From: Epiperipatus broadwayi
Lineage: Eukaryota; Animalia; Onychophora
Length of the DNA stretch: 64,000 nt
Direction of reading: 5' to 3'
Assembly: GCA_028023455.1 (NCBI GenBank)
Contig: JAQFVV010000001.1
Coordinates: 6,944,001-7,008,000, forward strand
The position numbers and the translations under genes are program-made. Position 1 is the first letter of the stretch. Each line of letters opens with the position of its first letter. Below the pieces are notes generated by a model. The model was not told the DNA's origin. It did not search any database and worked only from the letters and a program-made list of their open reading frames with translations. This document shows, one piece after another, positions 14,062 to 28,699 of the stretch.

Positions 14062-17049
14062 GTAAGATTTTGATATTTACCATACCTGTAAAACTATATA
14101 AAAATATGTGTGTATATATGTTTATCATGACTGTTAATTAGCATACTTTTTCTTACTTGATTAGTTTAATCTTATACTAAAGAATTTTTCAACAGTAAAT
14201 TTTATATTTCTTAGTTAGTTAGCAAATTTGCTTTAAAAAACTATTCTTAATGCCATAGTAAAAGAATAAATCCTTTACCAATTTAAAATTATCTTTCCCA
14301 GTCTTTTTTTTTTTTTTTTTAATATACATTTAATTCATTTCCAGATGTTATATAAATTCATAGATTCATTCAAATATCAGCCTTTTAAGCTAATTGTGCA
14401 TACGCTTTGAGGCTGATATTTGAATGTATACAATTGTAAACATACGCTATATAAAATAAATGCTTATAAATTCATAGAGTAATTAGTGTGTGTGTGTTTG
14501 TGTATTGGATATGCTTCATATAATCATTTTTTTAAGTATAATAGTCTCTTGTGAATGATATTGATTGCATTTAATTAGATTTTAATACGAAATTTGTTTA
14601 TATCGTATAAAAAAATGTCATACAAAAAAAGAATTTTGGAAAATTATTTTTGAAATTATTAATTTAAAATATACATATTGAACCAGGTGGGAATACGATC
14701 ACTCTGATTATATAAATTAAAATAAATCTTGATCTACTCCGGCTGCACTTTCACTTATTGCAGCATACCGGCCTTTCAAGCGGAGAAGTCTAATATGGAA
14801 GGTGGATAAGACCAACAGCACCTATAACCAGACAGGCTATACAAAATATAATCTGCGGTCACATTTCCAGGCTATAGAATTTCTCAGATGCTAAATTCAA
14901 ACCCCTGCCATCCAAAGCATTTTTATTTGTTTCGAGGTAAAACCTCAGGTGCCAGCTAATCACAAGTTATAATTAGCATGCTTAGACGACAGGTATATAA
15001 TTTAGCACTTGATTAATCCCTATCTAGCTCTTTTATTTAAGTATAAGGAAGACAAACCATATGTATTGCTTAATACTTATATTTAACTATAGACTATATT
15101 AGTGGCATAATTATCAAAGAGAACCAACCAAATATTTCTTAACAAACGATTTATTTAAATAAAATATTTCTAATAAAAATGTTATAATAAAGGAACATTG
15201 TAAATTTGTTTAAACACACCCCTAGTTAAGATACATGATAATAAATAATATTATACTTAATACATTTAAATCTAAATACACACACATTGAAATATAAATT
15301 CATTATTCAGTGGAAAGTTTTGCAAATATTAAAGTTTATTATGAGAAAATTCAATATGCATGCATATATTAGGGTTCATTCTATATAATGACTTATAGGA
15401 GACACTTAAAGATTGCTACAGCTATAAACATTCGACAAAGTCTTTTATTCGAACATGATCAGTTTATAAATGGGAGTAAAGAAGTTCACAGTTACCTAGG
15501 ATTTTGCACTTTACGCTTCTAAATATACAATTCCTCATTTTCTTCTGTCATATTGATCACCAACTGGTTGGATTTTTGGACTCCACTAATGGTTTTGGCT
15601 CTTGGCTGACTTTCTACATTCACTGAGATAGATATTCCTTGACTCTTTAGATTATTAAGTGAGCATGATTCTAGATGGAGCACTTCTGGTGTTCTGGAGG
15701 ATTGGGAATTGAAGACTGACTGCATACTCCAGTGCCTGTCTAGCACTACATGATGTTAGATGGTTTTTTGGTAAATGTGAAGACACCTAATTGCATTCTG
15801 GGAACACTAATAGCTTTCCCCATCTTATCTTCTCTGGAAACTCTTCCACGATACTAATACAAGTACAATCTTAATCATGATAATTACTATGAATGAAACT
15901 GAATGACGCTAGAACTGCAAACATTAAGAAAACTGAACTAAAAATTGCCATGAATAGATTTTTCAGTCTCTTTATACTATTCCTCTTTATTGTCTCTCTA
16001 GTTATCACTCCAATCTGGTTTAATTAATTTACAAATTTTATTAATTACATTCCCATTGTGTTTTAATCTGCAGTTTTTGCGTAGATTAATCTAGTCTCCG
16101 GATAAGATACTATCTTGAATTATTTTCCATTGTTTTCATTTAATACAATTTAGAGTTATTATTCCCTTCTTTTTATTGACCGAGCAATCTTTAAGTGGAT
16201 TTTTAAGTTTATATGCTTTCTTTTCATATTTTAACTCAATTTTCATTTTACACACGCATATTTTTTTTTCTTTAAGTTTATGAAAAGAGAGAACTCTAGT
16301 TTTAATCTTTTACTTAGTTAATTTTTCTCCCCTTCCCTACTTGCTCCATTTTGTCTTTTGGCAATTTGCGTTTCTAAAAAAAAAAAAACTCTTTAAACCT
16401 TTTAGTACTATTATTTCTCATTCTTAAAACTTTTCTAAATTATATTTCTCTTTCTTAAAACTTTATTGGTTTCTTTTATGAATTTTAGTCTGATTATTTA
16501 ATAAATGATTCCGCAATATTTTTATTTTTTAAAACTTCGTTCTAAAATCTTAAATTAATCGTAAATCTTAAACTAATCATAATTTTTCTTAAAAAATTAC
16601 ATAACATGTAGCACTATTCACTAGTGGTCCAATATGTTGTTAAAGTAATATTTATTAACTGCTAGAAAATATAATTTTAATTTTAAAATATGTCAAAAAA
16701 AAAAATTTATGAATAAATTTGTATTGCAGAAATAGCTATTAGTCTAATTAATTCATTCAGTTTCTTTTCACATCTTTTGTGAAAAGATAAATAAGTGGTT
16801 TCTTTATTCAATGAATCTAAAAAATAAAAATATTGCCAATTATTGTTAAAATAAGGAAGATATTTTTTTCTATATCATGAATATGAACATAAAAAAAAAA
16901 AAAATATTCATTTGTGTAATAAGAAAAAGAGGCCAAATATTACAAGTGTGCGCAACCTGTAAATAATATGCTTAATAATAGTTTGTTGATAGAATAAAAA
17001 ATATAAATAATACTATTTATTCATATAAAATATACAATATATATGTCCC

Positions 17050-17400
17050 AGTGAAAAGTGGTAAGTTCTCTCTAAGCCTACAGTGCCATCTTTGAATCAG
17101 TGCATGTATTTTACTTAGCAACATAGTTTAGCTATTCATCACAAAAATTTTAAAGCACTAGAGTGTCTGGATCACAATTTATATGACTGAGTGTTTCATA
17201 CTGTCATGCATTATCTTCAATGCTCTCCTCATTATCATGAAATCTTGCAAATCACTTGCGAATGTTATCTGTGCATACTAAAAAAATTGATAAGTTTTTG
17301 AACTGTCTGCAATATTATACGATATCTGCCTAAATATGTGAACCAATTTTATATTAAGTCTTTAAAATGAATTAAAATTGTGAATTCATGCCCTTTACAG
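17050..17400 (-). mobile_element. Degenerate mariner transposase N-terminal fragment
   Basis: Minus strand IRK*FARFHDNEESIEDNA* resembles the mariner HTH segment VRKWFARFRSGxxSLED; boundaries approximate. Confidence 0.4.
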
Positions 17401-18625
17401 CAACTTGACAAATAAACAAAGGAATTACATAGAAAATCGATCACCTGTAATAAGTGTTATAATTCAAATATTTCAATAAGAAATAAAGGATTTGCAATCA
17501 GCAATGGGATAAATATTAGGGCAACTACAAGCTTATTTTATCTAAAATTGAACATTGTATCAAAGACATCTCTGTTTATATGTAAGGTGCTGTATAAATT
17601 TTAATATAATCTGTTTGAAATTTAACCAAAAACTTTTGAATATTTTTGTAAGTGATGCCTATTTTATAATTAAAATTGAATCATTTTAAAATACTTAAGA
17701 TTTAGTCCTATTTTAATTTTGTTTTCATAAAAGTAAAGAAAGCTTCTCATAGGTTTATTTATTGTTAACAATTAAAAAACTAAATTCTTTACCATTTAAA
17801 TAAATAAATTGTCAGAACTAAAAAAAAAAAAACAATTTGGTTTAAAATGTTATAAATTTGAATTTAAATAAATGAAAACCGAATGAACCATTTGAGATTG
17901 CTCGACAATGCGAATGACCTAGATCTAATGATTATGAACTTCATTTTACGTATGTTAAATGAGTAAATGTTAAATACTGGCTATAACTTTGTAGAATGTT
18001 GTCATAAAACAATATTGCAACTTAATTAATTTAAATGCATGAATTTATTTGATGTTTATTTATGAAAATGTTGAGCATGAGATGTGTGTGAAGATGTTAA
18101 ATTATTCCAGGTTTTGTTCTATTGTATGTATAACCATTTTTTCTTATAAAATGCAGATGTGAAATTTCTCGTACTTGTATTGATGATCCAATGCTTTAGT
18201 CATTGAAAAAATACAGAATCAAATGCCTTTTCATAATCTACAAATCCAAAGCATAATGGCAAATCATATTATTACTACTATATAACTAAGGAATTAGCCG
18301 AAAGTACTTCTGCGGATACCATTATATTTAATTTTATTATTACAATAATTTTTTAATTAACAGACATTTTATTTGTATATTATATATATATATATAACTG
18401 AACTTATAATAACTGAAGCTTCCAATGAGTTATATAATGTAAATAAATTTTTCAAAAGACAATATATATACATATATAACCTTCATTACTATCTATTGAT
18501 TTGTTGTTCATAGAGGACCTTGGAATCAAAGATTGTGAAATTAGCTAGTCTCACTATATATTCTGCAATACCTAATATAAGTGCATAATTTTAAATGCTT
18601 ATGTTGTTTCGTATTTGTTATAAAC

Positions 18626-19022
18626 CAGGGGTCCCCAACCCTATGCCCGCGGGCACCATGGTGCCCGCAGACCATTTACGTGTGCCCACTGCTATCCGAA
18701 CACAATAAAAAATTATTTATCTGATACAAATAAATTTAATTTTTAAAATTTCTTATAAATTATTGTATTATATTGTAATCAAATTGTAGGACATATGATA
18801 CTTTTACTGCATAAAAATATAAATGTTAATTATAAGTTAAAATTTTATTTTTGAAATAAATATTTTTTGTACATTATGTGTATTATTAATAATATCCAAC
18901 TATAAATTTACATTGAAAAAATAAATGGTGCCCGCCATCTGGTTGAAAAAAATAAATGGTGCCCGCCACCTGGCCGGTATTATAGAATGTGCTCTTAAGT
19001 GCAAAAAGGTTGGGGATCCCTG
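18626..19022. mobile_element. hAT (Charlie-like) MITE
   Basis: TIRs CAGGGGTCCCCAACC / GGTTGGGGATCCCTG; perfect 8-bp TSD TTATAAAC at 18618-18625 and 19023-19030. Confidence 0.9.
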
Positions 19023-19559
19023 TTATAAACTATGAACATAGTAAAGCATTAAAACCAATCTTGGGAAAAACATATTACCTAATGCAGAAGAACCCAAGTA
19101 TTTGGGATTTTTTGTACTTGATTTTGCATTAGGCAATATCAAGTTGAAATATTTATTTAGGGCACAAATTTTATTCATTAATAGAAATATTGGAACAGTG
19201 TATCTATAAATTAATTATTTATGAAATAAATATTAATTTTATAAAATATATATGCATTAGTGCAATCATTGCTCTAAAAGAATTCTCTTAAGAATAAAAT
19301 ATAATTCAATGATATTGGAAATTTAAAACAATATGATAATAGGTCATAATAGTTGAAGTTTTTTTGCCTCTCCTCTTCTTTCACTAAAAAAAATGTTGTA
19401 AAAATCAGAGTAAACATAGATTCCATATTTATGAAATTGAATGTGATTCATCATCTGATATTATAATAGAGATTTTTTTGCATTAAGAAATAATTATGAA
19501 ATTTTCTGCTGTACAATATTTAGTAATAATTTGATCTTTTTCTTTTTTTGGCTGAATAG

Positions 19560-19652
19560 TCTGTCATGTTTAAGAAGACAAGTAGAAATCTTGCAAGGTC
19601 CATGTTTTGGAAGAATATTAAGCTGACTGTCATCTTAGTAGTAGTTGTTATT
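19560..19652 (+). CDS. VAMP7: VAMP7 coding exon (juxtamembrane and TM start)
   Basis: AG/GT bounded; SVMFKKTSRNLARSMFWKNIKLTVILVVVVI. Confidence 0.95.
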
Positions 19653-19809
19653 GTAAGTATCATACCAAACTTTTTTATTATATCTACATAACCAAAATGT
19701 ATATGATTAATGTCAATTATTATTTAATCTAAATCATACAAAAATGTTTAAGTTCTGCTTGTATAAATTTTAATAATTTGCATTCAACTATGCACACTTT
19801 ACTTAATTA

Positions 19810-20420
19810 TAGTTTAAAGTGAAGAAGATTTACAGAATTATCATTAATGAAAAGATGAGATTACAGCTAAATATGAAAAAGACTAAGATTACTGTGAAAG
19901 CATAAATAGCTAATTTCAAAATTGATAATAAAGTCATAGAATAATTGACACAATTGTTGCTATTTGGATCATTTATCATAGACTAATAATGAGCAGAATT
20001 ACAATAAAAATCTGGGAGAAAAAATTAAATTTAGGAAGATATTTTAAAAACAAATGATCAGAATTGTTAGAGCTATAGTGTTTTCTGAAATCATTATGGA
20101 AGTGAAAGTTAGTGCTTAATGTACTATCTGCCATAACCATAATCTGGGGTTTGAATTTGGGGATTAGTTTTGAATTGCAATGCTGATGAAATCTTTTGCA
20201 CAGAGAAAATGAATGAGTGGATATTTGATTAGATCTCCATTCTGATTTAAAGCACAAGTGATATGTTGAAATTGTCTTATTTTGTCACTTCATAAGGTGG
20301 TATAATTCATTAGAGAAGTGTAATATTTGGAAAGATTAATGATGAAAGAAAAAATAACCAGCAATGAGGTGGAGGAACTCTGTATACACTATTAATAACT
20401 AGTGTATAATACAATATGGA
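19810..20420 (+). mobile_element. Degenerate RTE (BovB-like) LINE, RT C-terminal fragment
   Basis: Frame-broken LQLNMKKTKI, FGSFI, IRIVRAIVFSEII, NSLEK..IFGKI segments, collinear with the RTE RT tail. Confidence 0.55.
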
Positions 20421-22021
20421 ATCATTATGATTGATATAACACTAAAAGATTGTTATTTTTTCCTTCATTTGTATTTGCAATTCAGATTTGCATAATAAGG
20501 TGATTTTTTTTTATAACTTAAAGCTGAGTATATGGCTATATACTACAGGGAATCTAGAGCTAATATCTCAACTAGTTTAGTGCAACACAAATGCTTTTTT
20601 GGGACCCCAAAAATCAATTTGGTTTTGGAGCACCAAATCTGAAAAAGAAGTCAAGAAGCCACGGTTTATTGCCATACGAGAAAACAGCATCCAATTATTT
20701 AATAAATATATTTAAATGGACTACTTTAAATAAAAATCATGCATAATTGCATTACAATATAAATAAAGCAGCAACAATAATTAAGAGAGCTATGATTATA
20801 GTGAACTTCATCGGAAGTGCGCTGTTGGTTAAGGTTATAAAAAAGGAAAAAATCATTTTGTTATGATGATTTAATAACATATGTAAATTTGAATGAAAAT
20901 TAATAATAAATAATCATAATTTAAAATGTGGTTGTTGACATTAACATAAATCAGTAAGATGTACAATTATTTCCTTTTCCATTACTTATATGAAAATTAA
21001 TCCATTATAGCACTGATAGCTTTATCCTTAAAATGTGTAATATATTTAACTATTAAATCTGTATTACTGTTACTGGTTTTGAATTAGTTTTATTTTTTTT
21101 TTAGATAATAAATAATTGTTCCTGAAAAAAGTAGAAAATTGAATCACAAAATTTAATGGATTATTAAGAAAAAATTGATGATAGACTAGGAGTTGATAAA
21201 TATGTCTGTTTAAATATTTTTGTTTTTAGTTTCCATTTCTATCAAATGCTTATTTTTGTTCTTCTTACATCCTAGAATGAATGAAATACATTCTTATTTA
21301 TTACTTGACATAAATAATAAAAAGTATTATTCATTAATGTATTAGCAATTCATCTAGCTTACCTTTTTTTAAGGAAGTTATATGTTTATTGTTTTAGTAT
21401 TTAATAAATCCCATATCATTCATTTAATTTTAAATTTGAAGATTTGGTATATTTTCTATATCTTCATTATTAAAATAAATAAAACATAGATTATTTGGAT
21501 TGAGTATTATGAATAATAAGTGTTTGACATGTTATATTGGAGTATTGGCCAATTCCAGTGAAAGAGTGGTTGGTTCAATTGCTAAAGGTTTTTAAATAGA
21601 TTTTCACTTGAGGAAAGTGAAAATAAAAATTAAATTCTTGTGTTCAACTGACTGCTTTGATGCTCAAAACATTATCATTTGACTCTTGAGCATAAATTGT
21701 AAATAGATATATTCATACCAAAATCATATTTATTAACAAATTTTTTAATATTGATTTATGTTTGTTTTTATGTAAAATGCATATTGGTTTTAATTATTAA
21801 TCTGGTTTTAACTAATGTAAATATAGAGATTAATAAAAATTTGTTTTCTATATCAAATCATTTTTATTATGCTTTTTATAATCTTGGGTATATCTAAATT
21901 TCTGATATGGTTTAAATGTATGTAGGATATATTCTTCAATACATATAATGATCAAATATCCAACATAAATTTTGTCCACAATGTTGTTGTTATGCATATA
22001 TAATTCATATAATAATCAATC

Positions 22022-22128
22022 TAAATAAGATTGAAACAAATAACTAATTATAATTATTTAATTAGACACTTGAAAGCCAGTTTGATAATTAAATAATTAT
22101 AATTAGTTGTTTGTTTCAATCTTATTTA
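22022..22128. repeat. Near-perfect hairpin, ~43-bp arms
   Basis: taaataagattgaaacaaataactaattataattatttaatta is followed by its reverse complement after a ~20-nt loop. Confidence 0.8.
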
Positions 22129-23338
22129 AATCATTATATTAATATATTCTCTGCCTGAAGGCATGTATAGAAACTAGATAAAAAAAACTACCAACAAACG
22201 ATAACACTATATCTTGTTAGTCATAACAATTTATTTTATCACTTCAATTTTAGTTACATTATGAATTTTAATGAGCCCTTACATCTTTCAAATGAATAAA
22301 AATATATTTAAATACTGACTAAATTAAGTGCTTTTCATTATATTAAATTCCTTGATATTTATATTTTTATTATCTTTATGGGTGATTTTTGTTTTGTTTT
22401 TTAATATATTGTAGTAGTTTCATTTATTAGTCACTACTTTTTATTTCCATATTTTGGGGTTAGAGTGATTGTTCAGAGCTTTTGAAATTTAATTTTTTTT
22501 TTCATGTACATTTAACTTTTTTAAATATAATTTGAATAAATAATTGGGAAGTTAATTTGATAATATATATCTTCTTATTTATATGATAATTGTAATAAGT
22601 TTTAATGTTTTGAAATATTTGACAATTATTATTGAGAAAGAAGAATGAAAGAAAGAAAATATCAAAAACTTAAAACATGAATTGTTTAAAAAATATTATC
22701 AAAGGAGGCTATTTTTCTGCTATTATTGGTCTTTTTTTTTTTTCTTTGAAACATAAAAACTGTTTGTCAATGCTGAAGATAATATATCTTCCAATTATTA
22801 TCTGTTCTAACACATTAGCTTTTATAAGAGTTAAATCCCATAATTTTTAACGCAGACTGGTAGCATTGCAGCATTAAACCTTTTGTGATTGTAAATAAAT
22901 TCATTTCTATTTGTTTCATTATCTTCTATTTAATTAATCATAGTTGATTTTAAAAAGGGCTAATTTATCAGTTTCATTATTTTTATTACTATATTTGTTA
23001 CTTTTATGATTATTGTGATACAATTTTTAATTTCTCTTTAGTCTTTCTTCTTGTTTAAACTAATTTCCATTTGACTTTTTCTACTTTATTTTTTTATTCT
23101 TTTAGTGCTTTTAATTAGAATTCAGATTTCTTTTTTTTAATATTAAACTCAGATGATAAATTAGAAAACATGTTAAGAATTATCTTTCAACATTGTAAAA
23201 AAGTTTGAAAATGTTTTGGAAATTTATATACAAATCTTCTATTTACTCTCTGTATAATACTTATGTATATCTTATTTAAAAAATAATTATTATGAATTGG
23301 CATTCTGTTTTAAGCAAAAATTTATTTTCTCTTTTCAG

Positions 23339-23395
23339 ATCATCATTTATTTCATTGTAAGTGCGGCTTGTGGCTTTGACTGGAAACAGTGTTGA
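23339..23395 (+). CDS. VAMP7: VAMP7 last coding exon
   Basis: cttttcag|ATC...TGA; IIIYFIVSAACGFDWKQC*, resembling the VAMP7 C-terminus. Confidence 0.92.
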   Translation: MIIYFIVSAACGFDWKQC

Positions 23396-24289
23396 AAAAA
23401 ATAATAATAATAACGCAATGTTTATATTTTTTCATAAGGATATGGTTGGATATCAGAAAAGAACAAATCATAGTAAATTAATATACAATAAAGAACCAAT
23501 CTTGCTGTAAATGATTCGATTAATATTTTATTTCATTATTGCCAGTAATAATACATTTACACATAATGCTTCAAAAACATATTTAAATTATGAGTTTGTG
23601 TATATGATTTTTATACTCAATGATTTTACACTTGCAGCAAGAAACAAAATCATTTGCCATTTGTAGATTGGAAATTGATGAATAACTGATTATAGATTAA
23701 AAATAATAATAATAATAATTAATCTTTATTAATTAATTTGATAATGATAATAAAATGGGTTTTTTTTCCCCAATTATTTGACCAAAGTTTAAAAATATGT
23801 AAATAAAAAAAAAAGATTCATTTACATATTTGACATATTTTGTTATCTTTTTTTATTGTTACTATTTTTAATTAAATCACTACATAAAATTAAGTAAATA
23901 TATAATTACACTTACAGTTTGATTTTTATATTCCAAGATTTCTTAAATAATGTAATAAAAATATTATTTTGTGTTTATGGACAAATATATGCATATTTTT
24001 TTATATACACATATTTGCACATATACCATAACTTTAGATTATTTTAAGATAAAACAACTTCATATTATATTTTGTATAATTAATTTTTTTTTAAAAAAAT
24101 ATTTTATTGGAGGTTGTAAAAAATTATATTTATGTAATATATTTTTAATGAATATTAAATATATACATATATTAAATTTGCGATTAATTTTTTTAACATT
24201 ATTAGAATTAGCATTTAAATATATATAATAAATTAAGTTTGATGTCTGTATTCTTTCCGAAATATATGTAATATTCAAATTTATATGTA

Positions 24290-25292
24290 CATCTGGGTCT
24301 CTTTTTACGTGGACTTATTTAACACGATTTTGAAGTTACGCGATTCGTGTTTCACCGGAAGTCGAACTCCGATAATGCGCTATTACTTTAAATAATAAAT
24401 TTCGTTCGCGCACTTACGTTATATTGAAAGTAATCGCACATTATTGGAATTCGACTTTCATCTTAGTAATTTCAATATTTTCAGTGCTTTATAATAGTAA
24501 GATTTTATGCAATAATGAAATTAAAATCATGATTTCCACATTTTATGTATACACACATTAAATTTTACAAGATTATAATGTAAATTTGTTCAAACATTGT
24601 GCGTGTTAATTTTGCATTTTAAATCGCATTCTGTTTTTGCTTTTTAAAAAAGAACGTAATCAATTATTAATCATTTAGTGTCCAACAAGTTTATTTTTAA
24701 AAGTTGAGTAATAGCAGTGAAACGAAATTTGATTTTTAAACGAAATTGAAAATTAAAGACAAAAATAAGGATTTAATTTTTAGTTGTTAGTTTTAATTAA
24801 ATTTTTCCCAGCAGTGGTGAATAAATGTCTTTTTATTATCATAAGTCTAAGTTCATAAACAATTGATAAAATCATCGTCTCAAAGATTAATTACGTTGCC
24901 TCTTGTGAGAATCTGATTTTAAACGAATGTGTATTTCGGCAAATAGCGATAATAATTAAAACGTGTATAAAAAAATGTAAATTACTGTACTGTAAATTAT
25001 GCATAAAAATATATTATTTTGAATAAAATTAAATATTATAGTTAAAAAAAGTTTGTCTTGTATCAATTTTTTTCAAATTTGAAATTTTTTATTAGTCATA
25101 TTTTATTTCCTTATATTTTTTTTGCGCGAATTTTAAAGTAATTTTACGTTGGTGCTTTGCTTTTACGCGAATTTTGAAAAATCACAGACCGCATCCCCCC
25201 TTTTTCAATGTAAGTTACATCTATTTTTGCACGATTTCATTTGCGCGTGTTTTCTGAGGAACCTATCTATCGCGTAAAACGAGACCCAGGTG
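24290..25292. mobile_element. Tc1/mariner (pogo-like) non-autonomous element
   Basis: TA|CATCTGGGTCTCTTTTTACG ... CGTAAAACGAGACCCAGGTG|TA; CpG-rich relative to the flanks; no transposase ORF. Confidence 0.8.
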
Positions 25293-26589
25293 TATATTAA
25301 ATTCAGTAATATTCATATAAATTTAGCATATTTTATTAGAAATGTACAATAGAAAAAAGAATAAAAGAACATGCTTTTATATAAAAGAGTTCAAAAAGAT
25401 AAACAATCAGAAAAAGATAAAAATAAACCTTCATTATCTGTTATAATTGATCATAATAAAACTCATAAATAGAGATTTTAATGTGATTATAATAACATAA
25501 AAATTATAAAAATTGACCGTTGCCACAATAAATGTAAAATAAAAGAGACTATACTAATTTCAAGAAATCGTCAAATGTTAATGAATCATCAAACATTAAA
25601 ATAACAGAATTGTTGAAGAACTGAATTGAATTATGGAAGTTATGAAATGATGTCTCGTTTTAATTATTCAACGTTATACAGTTGACAAAGACTACAAGGA
25701 ATAGTCTAAAGTATTTCTAATAAAATAAGTTAAATTTATATGAATATTATTGTTTAATATATATCTTGGTAAGAGCAACAAAATATACTTCACCTCTCAA
25801 TCACTCATAAAAAGCAATCAGTTAAATAGATGAAAAATCTGCACTTCAACTACGAAAGAAGCACAAATAAGTCTCTTGAATTGATAAAAAAAATTAAATA
25901 TATCATGATGTAATGGAGAAAGATAATGATAGCACAATTCCATCTCAAGACTAACTGATTATGTTATTAACATTTGAAATTCCAAGAATCCATTAATCAT
26001 GATATTAATATTTATTATCAAGAATACTTTACATATATTAGTATTAATAGGTAAGTCTATAAAAATAAAATAAAAATCATACCTAAAAGTAGATGCAGTA
26101 ATCTACAAAATTTATAATCTTACATGTAAAAAAAAATATGCACTACTTAATTTAACCTTTTATTTTCTGTGAGAAAAATAAAAATCATACCTAAAAATAG
26201 GTACAACAATATACAACAAAATTTACTGTGAGAAAAAGAACACATTTAATATTAAATATCCTCTTCTGTCAACATTGATAACTTATAAATTTTTGATCCT
26301 TTATTTTTTATTTTATAGACAAATATATGTAAAGTAATAAAACATTTTTATATTTCATAAGATTGTCAATACTAATCTCTGACAATGATAACAATTTTGT
26401 ATAGTCTTCAAATATATATTTTCATTACAGGAATATTATTACAAGTTAAATATCATAATCCTAAAGCTTAATTCAATCTATATATGTTGACTTTATCTTT
26501 AACCAATTGTGATATAAAGTAAAATGGTTTCTTAAATGAAGCCAAATGTTTCTGAGCATAGTTCTATATGCCTAGAGATCTTGTTAGCA

Positions 26590-27160
26590 AAGTTACTTAT
26601 TTGCTACCTCCATTCTACACTCATTTCTTTTTTCCAATCTATAATCACTAAATCATTCTTTTAGCACTGATAAATATATTTAATTTCTTGGGCAACCCTT
26701 CTATAATGTTCTGTAACTAATCTTTCAGATACCCTTAATTTACCATTCTTCTTCAAATATTTTTTTTTTATCTTTCCTAATTCCTCTATCAATTCATAAA
26801 CATTTAAATTATGCATTGATCATAAATCTTAATTAGGTTTTTAAATTTCATTTAATCTCATATTTTTCAGTAATCCCCTTACATGTTTTCCACTGCATCA
26901 ATTTCATTAATGATTATACTCTATAGCCCCATGAAATATTACAAATATTCTCCTTCCAGTCTTTTTCATTCTGTCCACTTCCAATAACTAAATATATTCA
27001 CATCTTTTCTCGTTGCCCATATGTGTACCTTAAAATTTCTTATTAAGATATCCTTCCTAATAATAATCTCTATACTCTTCCTTTCTTGTCATCATATTTA
27101 TTTATTGTCTATTCCTTCCATTCATATTTCTGAAAATATACTTCATCTCTCAAATAGGAC
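26590..27160 (-). mobile_element. Degenerate RTE-like LINE 3' fragment
   Basis: Broken minus-strand translation resembles the RT tail (YGxxxW...GRP...W region); boundaries approximate. Confidence 0.4.
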
Positions 27161-28094
27161 TGTTGCAATAAATCTTATCAATGTTAATTTTTAATTAGCC
27201 ATTTAAATAAAGTATGATATCAGATTGCTTTTGTAAAATGGCAGTTAAGGAGATCAACATGAAACTATACATGTTATAGAAAAAAATTGAAATTTTTTTT
27301 TTATATTGTGTACTTAAAAATAAAAGTCACATGCCTTCTTCATAATGGTAATTGTGACAAATTTACAACCCATGTTATATTTCTTACATGCTGAAATATT
27401 TTCATGGAAACTCTGGTTTCAATAATAATTTGAGTGTTTTTATATATATTAAACACTTAAATAATTATTGATGATGGCGAAATCATATTAAGAGTATGTA
27501 TACTTACAAACATTGCTTGAATATATATAAATAAGAACAGCTCTCTGATCTCTTACTGTATATAATAAACTTGAGTAATCTACGATTATCAGATAATGCA
27601 TTTAAATTCCCAAACCAACACAGGTTTTGCCTTTATTAATGATTTGTGATTCAAAGCTAAAACCAACATAGTGATGAATTAGTATTTAACTCTTATTTCT
27701 ATTATACAGTGTAAACTAAACAATTAAATGATATGTTAGTAAACATATAATACTAAATAGATGTTTTTAAATCTAGAAGCAAATATTAACTTGCAGCACA
27801 TCTTTATTAAACTTTAATTAACCATCTAACTTTAAATATTTATATATATACCCACAGCACTTAATCAAATAAATGTGTATACACACATTTTATAACACAA
27901 TGCAATAGTAAGTCATCACTTTTGATAACTTAATATTTTACTAGTTGTATTGTTGTGTCACTCTCTAATTTCAGATTTAAAAAAAAAAAAAACTTTTAAA
28001 ACTATATTTTAAAAATGTCATCAATACTTCTTTTTATAAAAAAAATAAAAAGTTTATTTAATAGTGAACATCAAATTATACAAATATAAAATAC

Positions 28095-28208
28095 TTATCT
28101 TTTTTTATACATGCATGGATGTAATACAAAATTATTTAATTGTATTTTCCTATTAACTGATAAACTCTTTTTAAAATCAAGTAATAAAAAAACTTTGTTG
28201 CTCAAATC
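28095..28208 (-). CDS. RRP8: RRP8 (nucleomethylin, rRNA methyltransferase) last coding exon
   Basis: Minus-strand acceptor ttctttttag, then DLSNKVFLLLDFKKSLSVNRKIQLNNFVLHPCMYKKR*; the terminal PCxYKKR is typical of RRP8. Confidence 0.92.
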   Translation of the reverse strand, partial: DLSNKVFLLLDFKKSLSVNRKIQLNNFVLHPCMYKKR

Positions 28209-28296
28209 CTAAAAAGAAAAAACAGTAAAAAATATTAAATTTGCAAAATACAAATCAGTATTTTTAAATAAATATAAAATTCGAAAGCAATTTTAC

Positions 28297-28393
28297 CTTA
28301 TTTATTATCTTAAATCCTAATCGATAACAATTTTTAGTAAAATTCTCTAAATCTTCAATGCGGCTTTTTATTTCTGCAATTTTAAGAATTCCT
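28297..28393 (-). CDS. RRP8: RRP8 penultimate coding exon
   Basis: ttttttcag|A GGA ATT...AAG|gtaaaa on -; (G)GILKIAEIKSRIEDLENFTKNCYRLGFKIINK; phases fit both neighbours. Confidence 0.92.
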
Positions 28394-28699
28394 CTGAAAA
28401 AATAAAAATTTAGTACATAAACAATACAGTGTTCCATTTGAAAAGTGATGTTTCAAAATAAATGCAAGTGTGAGAAGGGATGGTCTACTTTCTGTGATGG
28501 TTGTAATATAGAAGAGATGTGTACACTGATAAAAATCAAAAAAATTGAATATACATAAAATATTCATGTATGTGTCAATTATGGACAAATATATAAGTAA
28601 AAAAATTTAATTGTATACAATTTAGTTATAGAAATATCCATTTGCTTCAAAATTTTTAAATTAATCTGATATCTTAATGAATTTTTTTGATTTTGTTCA

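Noticed and set aside
14925-14960. GAGG-uuuua-CCUC-GAAA on the minus strand as a hammerhead
   Set aside because: No CUGANGA or covariant equivalent upstream, and no stem III palindrome.
15500-15900. Possible LINE endonuclease relic on the minus strand
   Set aside because: Only vague resemblance to APE motifs; needs an HMM search.
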